The notes beneath the pieces were generated by a model, which was not told the origin of the DNA, did no database searches, and saw only the letters and a program-made list of their open reading frames with translations. A DNA stretch of 32,000 nt from Microcystis aeruginosa NIES-843 (GTDB lineage Bacteria; Cyanobacteriota; Cyanobacteriia; Cyanobacteriales; Microcystaceae), in the NCBI RefSeq assembly GCF_000010625.1, contig NC_010296.1, positions 960,001 to 992,000 on the forward strand, given 5' to 3'. Shown here piece after piece: positions 1 through 6,466 of the stretch. The translations under genes were made by a program, and so were the position numbers. Each line of letters opens with the position of its first letter. The stretch's first letter is position 1.

Positions 1-380
1 GTAACATTTCTTCGGTGCAGAGTCTTGCGATCGCTGCCGATGGTCAGATTATTGCCGCCGGTTGTGTGGATGGTACGGTGAAAATCTGGCAATACGATCG
101 AGAGAAAAGCGGTCATTTTGCGCCAATTCGGGTGATCAATGCCCATAATGGTCAGGTGACAAGCTTGGTATTCGGAGGGGAGGGTCAATGGTTATTGACG
201 GGGGGAACCGACGGAGAGGTTAAAATCTGGTTAGCCAATTATCAACAGGCGATCGCAACTCTCAGCGCCACCAATGGGCGATCGTCGCCAATTTCCAGTT
301 TAGTTCTCAGCCCCGATTATTGCCACCTAGCGGCGGCGGCGGCCGACGGCAGCATCACCATCTGGGAAAATATCACTTAA
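1..380 (+). CDS. WD40-repeat protein, C-terminal part (ORF is open to the window edge)
   Basis: Repeated WD-blade endings (GCVDGTVKIWQ, GGTDGEVKIWL, AAADGSITIWE). The frame has no stop back to nt 3. Confidence 0.75.
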   Translation, partial: NISSVQSLAIAADGQIIAAGCVDGTVKIWQYDREKSGHFAPIRVINAHNGQVTSLVFGGEGQWLLTGGTDGEVKIWLANYQQAIATLSATNGRSSPISSLVLSPDYCHLAAAAADGSITIWENIT

Positions 381-402
381 TGGTCGATCGAACTAGAAAA
401 AT

Positions 403-410
403 TGTATAAT
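403..410 (+). promoter_or_regulatory. Candidate extended -10 box (TGTATAAT) upstream of rpoC1
   Basis: Perfect TGnTATAAT-type element in the 146-nt gap between the WD40 gene stop and the rpoC1 ATG. No good -35 box. Confidence 0.3.
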
Positions 411-526
411 GTAATGTCCCGGACTCGGTCGGGCCAGTTTGACCCGAAGAAAAAGTGACTGAGTTAACTGTCGTTTCTGCCCAATAGTTGTCAACCCAGA
501 TCATTACCCATAGTAAAAAATTCAGA

Positions 527-2407
527 ATGAAGACTCCAACAGATCAAAGATTTGATTACGTCAAAATCGGTTTAGCGTCCCCCGAGAGAATTCGGCAATG
601 GGGAGAAAGAACCCTACCTAACGGTCAAGTCGTCGGAGAAGTAACCAAACCAGAAACGATCAACTATCGGACTCTTAAACCGGAAATGGATGGGTTATTC
701 TGCGAGAAAATTTTTGGCCCCTCCAAAGACTGGGAATGTTGGTGCGGTAAATACAAGCGCGTCCGTCACCGGGGAATTGTCTGTGAACGTTGCGGGGTGG
801 AAGTCACCGAGTCGCGGGTACGTCGTCATCGCATGGGTTTTATCAAATTAGCCGCCCCCGTCACCCACGTTTGGTATCTTAAAGGTATTCCCAGTTATCT
901 CAGTATCCTGCTCGATATGCCCCTGCGGGACGTGGAGCAGATCGTCTATTTTAATGCCTATGTGGTTCTCGATCCGGGTAATGCCGGCAATCTTAGTTAT
1001 AAACAACTCCTCAGCGAAGATCAATGGTTAGAGATCGAAGAAGAAATCTACGCGGAGGATTCGGAATTAGTCGGTATTGAAGTGGGTATCGGGGCCGAGG
1101 CTATCCAAAGACTCTTACAGGAAATTAACCTGGAAGAAGAAGCGGAAAGACTGCGGACGGAAATTGTCGAAAGTAAAGGGCAAAAACGGGCAAAATTAAT
1201 TAAACGTCTCCGGGTAATCGATAACTTTATCGCCACGGGTTCTCAGGCAGAATGGATGGTTTTAAGCGTAATTCCCGTGATTCCACCCGATTTACGCCCC
1301 ATGGTGCAGTTGGACGGCGGCCGTTTTGCCACCTCTGACCTGAACGATCTCTACCGTCGGGTGATTAACCGCAATAACCGTTTATCCCGTCTGCAAGAAA
1401 TTCTCGCCCCGGAAATTATCGTCCGCAACGAAAAACGGATGTTACAGGAGGCCGTCGATGCTTTAATTGATAACGGTCGTCGCGGTCGCACGGTGGTGGG
1501 GGCCAATAATCGCGCCCTGAAGTCTTTATCGGATATTATCGAGGGTAAACAGGGGCGTTTCCGTCAAAATCTCCTCGGTAAACGGGTTGACTATTCGGGA
1601 CGTTCGGTTATCGTTGTCGGTCCGAAATTGAAGATCTATCAATGCGGTTTACCCAGGGAAATGGCGATCGAATTGTTCCAACCCTTCGTTATCCATCGTT
1701 TAATTAAATTAGGCATCGTCAATAATATCAAGGCAGCCAAGAAAATGATCCAACGGGGGGATGCCAATGTTTGGCACGTCTTGGATGAAGTGATCACGGG
1801 ACACCCGGTGATGTTAAACCGCGCCCCTACCCTGCACCGTTTGGGCATTCAAGCGTTTGAACCGATCTTAGTGGAGGGCCGGGCGATTCAGTTACATCCC
1901 CTCGTCTGTCCCGCTTTTAATGCTGACTTTGACGGGGACCAAATGGCCGTACATATTCCCCTCTCCCTGGAGGCACAATCGGAAGCGCGCTTATTGATGT
2001 TGGCCTGTCATAATATTCTCTCACCGGCGACCGGTCGCCCGATTGTTGCCCCTTCTCAGGATATGGTTTTGGGTTGTTATTATCTCACGGCCGAAAATCC
2101 CAAGGCCCAAAAGGGTGGGGGCCGTTATTTCGCCAGCATGGATGACGCTATTCGCGCTTTTGATCAGGGATTGGTGGATCTGCACGCTTCTGTGTGGTTG
2201 CGTTTACCGGTCGGAGAAAAGGTGAAAACCAATAAACCCGATGAGGAAGTCCTGGAAACGGAAACTCTCCCCGATGGCAGCATCTGGAAATATTATCGGG
2301 AGCGCAAAACCCGCGAGAAAGATGGTGAGATAATTTCTCAGTATGTGCGTACTACTGTAGGGCGAATTATCTACAATAAGACGATTCTAGAAGCTTTAGT
2401 AGTCTAG
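527..2407 (+). CDS. rpoC1: DNA-directed RNA polymerase gamma subunit (N-terminal half of beta-prime)
   Basis: Zn-binding CWCGKY...CERCGV, catalytic [12 protein letters not shown] motif, and length 626 aa from ATG 527. The ORF track's TTG at 488 is probably an over-extension. Confidence 0.95.
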   Translation: MKTPTDQRFDYVKIGLASPERIRQWGERTLPNGQVVGEVTKPETINYRTLKPEMDGLFCEKIFGPSKDWECWCGKYKRVRHRGIVCERCGVEVTESRVRRHRMGFIKLAAPVTHVWYLKGIPSYLSILLDMPLRDVEQIVYFNAYVVLDPGNAGNLSYKQLLSEDQWLEIEEEIYAEDSELVGIEVGIGAEAIQRLLQEINLEEEAERLRTEIVESKGQKRAKLIKRLRVIDNFIATGSQAEWMVLSVIPVIPPDLRPMVQLDGGRFATSDLNDLYRRVINRNNRLSRLQEILAPEIIVRNEKRMLQEAVDALIDNGRRGRTVVGANNRALKSLSDIIEGKQGRFRQNLLGKRVDYSGRSVIVVGPKLKIYQCGLPREMAIELFQPFVIHRLIKLGIVNNIKAAKKMIQRGDANVWHVLDEVITGHPVMLNRAPTLHRLGIQAFEPILVEGRAIQLHPLVCPAFNADFDGDQMAVHIPLSLEAQSEARLLMLACHNILSPATGRPIVAPSQDMVLGCYYLTAENPKAQKGGGRYFASMDDAIRAFDQGLVDLHASVWLRLPVGEKVKTNKPDEEVLETETLPDGSIWKYYRERKTREKDGEIISQYVRTTVGRIIYNKTILEALVV

Positions 2408-2423
2408 AGAAAGATTAGGTTAG

Positions 2424-2449
2424 GGTGGGCATTGCCCACCTTAATTTTT
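2424..2449 (+). terminator. Rho-independent terminator after rpoC1 (possibly shared with convergent ridA)
   Basis: GGTGGGC-att-GCCCACC stem-loop followed by TTAATTTTT, 17 nt after the rpoC1 stop. Confidence 0.55.
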
Positions 2450-2837
2450 AGGCTAAAGCGGCAATACATTCTATTTCCACTAGCACATCTTTGGGAAGAC
2501 GGGCCACCTCCACACAGGCCCGGGCCGGGGCAGTTTCCGGGGGGAAATAACGGGCATAAACTTGATTCATCGCCCCGAAATTGGCTAAATCCGAGAGAAA
2601 GACGGTGGTTTTCACCACATTTGACCAATTAGCCCCAGCAGCGGTTAAAATGCCCTCTAGATTGGCCATAACTTGTTCGGTTTGGGTGCTAATTTCCCTG
2701 GAGACGATTTCACCCGTGACGGGATCTAGGGGAATTTGTCCCGCAACAAAGAGAAAAGGACCAGGAGCGGCGATCGCTTGATTATAGGGACCCACAGGGG
2801 CTGGAGCTTTATCAGTACGGATGACCTGATTATTCAT
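2448..2837 (-). CDS. ridA: RidA/YjgF/L-PSP family reactive-intermediate deaminase module (possible independent start at ATG 2837)
   Basis: [22 protein letters not shown]...VFLSDLANF...[20 protein letters not shown] is a full-length RidA. Host-like GC composition starts exactly at this ATG. Confidence 0.8.
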   Translation of the reverse strand: MNNQVIRTDKAPAPVGPYNQAIAAPGPFLFVAGQIPLDPVTGEIVSREISTQTEQVMANLEGILTAAGANWSNVVKTTVFLSDLANFGAMNQVYARYFPPETAPARACVEVARLPKDVLVEIECIAALA

Positions 2838-3332
2838 ATGACGTTGCAATTCTGCATCTAACTCTTTTAACAAACCATATATTTTATCAAAATCACGTTT
2901 AGTTTTAGAAGGAGCGTCATAAGTTCTCAAAGTACCTTTAGTATGAGTATGAGCCGCTCGATTGCGACTATCTTTTAGATTACCAAGATAACCTTTTAAA
3001 GCACTAATTTTACCAGTTTTTTCTAACTTTTTTTCGATTTTTTCTAATGTTGCTAAACCAATAACCATCATCAACATTTTTCTAAAAGGTTCATATTCAA
3101 AACTATGAGTACCACTAATAGTCTTATCGATGAATTTTTTGTTAGCTTCGGACTTTAAGCATCGTTTAGCACATCTTAAAACTATATCATCCATAGTTTC
3201 CTCGATCCAGCCACATAATTCTATAAGAGCTAGTTTGGAATAAGAAGAAGTTTTTTGATTATCAGCTGTAGGGTCATCATGGAGTTGATCAAGCCAGTTT
3301 AACGTCTTGAGTAAATAATCTTTAGTAATCAT
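2448..3332 (-). CDS. HEPN (RiboL-PSP-HEPN-like, Rx4H) - RidA/YjgF fusion ORF, 294 aa
   Basis: The N-terminal 165 aa are AT-rich and carry [12 protein letters not shown] (R-x4-H, Abi2/AbiD-like HEPN signature). The C-terminal 129 aa are RidA. There is no stop codon between the two parts. Confidence 0.7.
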   Translation of the reverse strand: MITKDYLLKTLNWLDQLHDDPTADNQKTSSYSKLALIELCGWIEETMDDIVLRCAKRCLKSEANKKFIDKTISGTHSFEYEPFRKMLMMVIGLATLEKIEKKLEKTGKISALKGYLGNLKDSRNRAAHTHTKGTLRTYDAPSKTKRDFDKIYGLLKELDAELQRHMNNQVIRTDKAPAPVGPYNQAIAAPGPFLFVAGQIPLDPVTGEIVSREISTQTEQVMANLEGILTAAGANWSNVVKTTVFLSDLANFGAMNQVYARYFPPETAPARACVEVARLPKDVLVEIECIAALA

Positions 3333-4431
3333 TACCAGTAGATGAAAAAATTTTGATAGATGTATTAATTCTCTCTAAAGCCTTATCTTTTCGATACATA
3401 CCACTAGATAAATTTTCAGTTAAAAATGGTTCAGATTTTATTAATCTAGAATACTTGTCTTGTAATTCACCATTGGAGAGATTGACTAAAGTATCTAAAT
3501 TCTTGGCAACTCCTAAAAGAATTCCCTCAGCAATAACTTTACTGGTTTTGAGAGGTTCCTCTTTGAAGATTTTATCATAAATCAAGTCAACGGTTTGCTT
3601 AAATAATTCATCTTTATCTTGAATAAAATCTGCGTGAGCAAATCTATGTTTATACATATAATCATTTAAAAATCTGGTCAATTTCCCCTTGTAGTTCTGG
3701 TATTCATCATAAAAAGCAAAGAAACGAAGCACTAATTCTTCATCTCCAAATCGAGATGCTTTTTGCTGCTCTCGATCCATCAGCAAAAGCCAGTTTTCAT
3801 ATTGAGCGCATTCTTTTAAAAAACTATTAAACTTGCCATTATAGATACAATTTCTGATCTCCTGATTGTTAAGTTTTACTCCACCAGTATTTAAGCGATG
3901 GAAAATGGTAAAAATATAATTATTATGAGCTTTTTTGCTGGAGTCATAGCGAATCATGGTGATGGGAATAGTCATATTTTCTACGCGTTCATATAATTCT
4001 TCATGCTGAGTTTTTATTTCCTCAACTGTTCTTCCAGAAATAGACGAATCTACATCGGGTAATTTTGATAGCCTCCAATCTTCAGTAGTTAAAAATTTGA
4101 CGATGGTACTAATTCGTTGTAATCCATCGATGATATAGCGTTTATCTGTCTTATAGTCAAGACTAATACACATACTAGGAATCGGTAACTGTTTCATTAA
4201 ACTATCAATAAAACGAGTTTGTTGTGCCTCACTCCACACCACATCTCTTTGAAAATCTGGATCGATAACCAATTGTTTTTTTTTATACATTCTAACTAGA
4301 TCAGAGCAGGATCGCTGCTCATTGTAAGCAATAATATCCGCAGGAGGAAAATCCACATCATCTTCTTCCTCTAGATACTTTTCTTCTTCGGCTGCTAGTA
4401 ATTTCTCTTCTTGACTGAGATAATTAACCAT
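3322..4431 (-). CDS. DUF262 (ParB-like NTPase/nuclease superfamily, GmrSD N-terminal type) protein, 369 aa, with no recognisable DUF1524/HNH part
   Basis: Motifs [23 protein letters not shown] (DGQQR motif) and [18 protein letters not shown]. Strong SD (AGGAGGG) lies 8 nt upstream of ATG 4431. The 3' end overlaps the HEPN ORF start by 11 nt. Confidence 0.85.
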   Translation of the reverse strand: MVNYLSQEEKLLAAEEEKYLEEEDDVDFPPADIIAYNEQRSCSDLVRMYKKKQLVIDPDFQRDVVWSEAQQTRFIDSLMKQLPIPSMCISLDYKTDKRYIIDGLQRISTIVKFLTTEDWRLSKLPDVDSSISGRTVEEIKTQHEELYERVENMTIPITMIRYDSSKKAHNNYIFTIFHRLNTGGVKLNNQEIRNCIYNGKFNSFLKECAQYENWLLLMDREQQKASRFGDEELVLRFFAFYDEYQNYKGKLTRFLNDYMYKHRFAHADFIQDKDELFKQTVDLIYDKIFKEEPLKTSKVIAEGILLGVAKNLDTLVNLSNGELQDKYSRLIKSEPFLTENLSSGMYRKDKALERINTSIKIFSSTGNDY

Positions 4432-4706
4432 AATTTTTATCCCTCCTAATATTGCCAATTCAAAAATGAAACGCACGACTCCTTAAGAGTTGACAGACAA
4501 AGGATCATCAGGTACTGTCTGATCAATACAACAACAAATCAGACCCAAAAACGAAGCCACCAACATCTTAACATAGAACAAAGAAACTTGCTCTATCAAC
4601 TTGGTCAAGAGGGAAATTTATCTCAATGGCAAATGGCAGCTGGGATGTCATCAAAGCACGACCAAAGCGAGAATTAAGAAGGAATCAAGGTTCCCTCGGA
4701 TGCTAT

Positions 4707-5918
4707 CTACTGAAAATTGGTATCTTCATCGATTAAGTTAGCAATGCGAGCATAATAATCCAGTAATCCAGTGACAGGATAGCGGTCTGCTAGAGCGATC
4801 GAGGGAATATAAGGTATGATTAGATAGTCTTCTGAATCTATATCTAAATCATGATCGGTAGTTTCATCTATATCTATATTTTTGTCAATATCCTTTTGTA
4901 AAATTTGCCAAGCATGAGTAACTTTAGTTATTCCTGTATCACTTAAATCGGGAACAGGTGAAAAAACAAAATTAAGCGAAAGTCGGCCGAAAGAAGTCAA
5001 AGATTGCAAAAGAAGCTCGATTCCTTTTTGATTTTGTTCGTTAGGAAATAAAAAAATAATTGCTTCGTTGGCTGCCTGTAGTAAAGATAAAGCTCCCCAT
5101 TCATTGATTCCAGTACACGAATCTACTAAGATAAGATCAGGTTTTAACTGATTTTGAATCTCTCGACTAAAAGTTGACCAGAGTGTTTCCCCATTATCGA
5201 GAATTGTTGTTGCTCGCAGATCATCAACTTTAGCAATGTAATCAAGACTCAAATAACCCGCAGGAACAATAAATAGTCTTCCCGTTGCATCGGGAATATT
5301 AACTTCTCCAAATATTTTAGTGATATTAATCTTTGCTTCTACACCTTCTGGTAAATAGGATTTTTCATAAAAATAGTCCACAATTCCGTATTCCGGTAAG
5401 GGATTTAAGGGAAAAGCTGTGCTTAACCCCGGTGCTTCTAAATCCAAGTCAACAGCTACTACTTTACGACCTCGCATCGCTAAAATCCAAGCAACATGAA
5501 TTAAAGCAGTTGTCCTACCTACTCCCCCTTTAAAAGAATAAAAAGTTACGGTTCTAGGAAGACAAAGTTCGGGAGAAGACGGTGATTGATTTTGTGGATT
5601 AGCTGACCACAAGGCTAAATCTTGCCAAGTGTGAATTGATTTTGCGTCCAGAAGTTGTGGAGCTTTTAGATCGAGAGAGGCTGCCTCCTGAATAGTATAT
5701 AAAGATATAAAACCTAAAAATTTATGCTGTTGTTCTATGTCATTTGTAACTGCTTCTCTTCGCTGAGTTGTTGATAAATTTTCAAACTTATCACTGACGA
5801 TAGTTATATTCAAAAGTCCAGCAGTAGATACATTGAGATCAACCCATTCTTGTGCTTCTTTTTGAACATATATATCTGTTAATTTTTGTTTCAGTGATCT
5901 TAACCAAGTTTCTGACAT
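4707..5918 (-). CDS. KGGVGR-variant ParA/MinD (SIMIBI) P-loop ATPase with a BolA-like N-terminal domain, 403 aa
   Basis: Deviant Walker A FYSFKGGVGRTTAL, then VVAVDLDLEAPG and a Walker B-like LILVDSCTG. The N-terminal ~110 aa carry ITIVSDKFx7RR...LYTIQE, which resembles the BolA signature. Confidence 0.8.
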   Translation of the reverse strand: MSETWLRSLKQKLTDIYVQKEAQEWVDLNVSTAGLLNITIVSDKFENLSTTQRREAVTNDIEQQHKFLGFISLYTIQEAASLDLKAPQLLDAKSIHTWQDLALWSANPQNQSPSSPELCLPRTVTFYSFKGGVGRTTALIHVAWILAMRGRKVVAVDLDLEAPGLSTAFPLNPLPEYGIVDYFYEKSYLPEGVEAKINITKIFGEVNIPDATGRLFIVPAGYLSLDYIAKVDDLRATTILDNGETLWSTFSREIQNQLKPDLILVDSCTGINEWGALSLLQAANEAIIFLFPNEQNQKGIELLLQSLTSFGRLSLNFVFSPVPDLSDTGITKVTHAWQILQKDIDKNIDIDETTDHDLDIDSEDYLIIPYIPSIALADRYPVTGLLDYYARIANLIDEDTNFQ

Positions 5919-5928
5919 AAGTATCTCC

Positions 5929-6363
5929 TTAAAGTTGAGTAGCTTGTTTCTGAAGCCATTGTTTCAGACCTGTATAAGCTGATAACCACTCTTTGTATTT
6001 ATCGTCATTCGGTTCACTGCTGGAATAACGCATATCTATAAAATTTTGACTAGGATTTTCTACCGGTTTTTCTACTATATTAATCCATTTTATCACGTCT
6101 GGATAATTTTGAACTCTCGAATAGAGACGATTATTACTTTTTAGAGCAGCTGTCAAACTGTGACCCGGATTAGTTATGGTATGTCCGGGGTTATTGGACT
6201 TAGTTTTCCATTCTTGACTGGATACCGAAGCTAAGATCATAGATTTCAGCAAACATTCGATCGTAATACCTCCAAAGTGCATAGCAGCTATTTTCCTATT
6301 AGATTTACAAAGTATTTCTGTATCTTGATGACGTTGTAAAAAAGCTGATTGGTAATCTTCCAT
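5929..6363 (-). CDS. Small helical protein, tentatively HEPN-domain (KNTase/sacsin-type), 144 aa
   Basis: Helix pattern AAMHFGGITIECLLKSMIL ... GHSLTAALK ... DMRYSS resembles classic HEPN (xxAxExxLKAxL ... HDLxxL ... RY). It also has NRKIAAMH (R-x5-H). It lies 10 nt upstream of the ATPase gene. The function call is weak. Confidence 0.45.
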   Translation of the reverse strand: MEDYQSAFLQRHQDTEILCKSNRKIAAMHFGGITIECLLKSMILASVSSQEWKTKSNNPGHTITNPGHSLTAALKSNNRLYSRVQNYPDVIKWINIVEKPVENPSQNFIDMRYSSSEPNDDKYKEWLSAYTGLKQWLQKQATQL

Positions 6364-6424
6364 CCCTAATTATCTATTCGCTAGAGTCAATACCTGTGAA
6401 TAAGTTTTTAGCTGAGGATTAAAC

Positions 6425-6456
6425 AAGGGTACTTTATTAGACAATAAAGCACCCTT
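6425..6456 (-). terminator. Hairpin immediately after the ileS stop (possible terminator or island boundary)
   Basis: 14-bp stem with one mismatch (AAGGGTACTTTATT / AATAAAGCACCCTT) and a 4-nt loop, 10 nt downstream of the ileS stop. The U-tract on the minus strand is weak. Confidence 0.4.
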
Positions 6457-6466
6457 TTAATTTAGC

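Noticed and set aside
1048-2225. Track ORFs 1048-1236(-), 1639-1848(-) and 2043-2225(+) inside rpoC1
   Set aside because: They are antisense or alternate-frame ORFs nested within a strongly supported conserved gene. They have no motifs and low-complexity composition.
2404-2781. ORFs 2404-2628(-), 2432-2632(+) and 2581-2781(+)
   Set aside because: They overlap the RidA coding frame, which has unambiguous family motifs. They are Pro/Gly-rich out-of-frame translations of GC-rich DNA.
3353-3580. 75-aa plus-strand ORF inside the DUF262 gene, and 5333-5533(+) inside the ATPase gene
   Set aside because: They are antisense ORFs in AT-rich DNA with no SD or start context and no motifs. The minus-strand frames carry the family signatures.
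4432-4476. 15-codon N-terminal extension of the DUF262 ORF (MRFIFELAILGGIKI)
   Set aside because: A strong AGGAGGG SD sits inside the extension, correctly spaced for ATG 4431. The extension is therefore unlikely to be translated.
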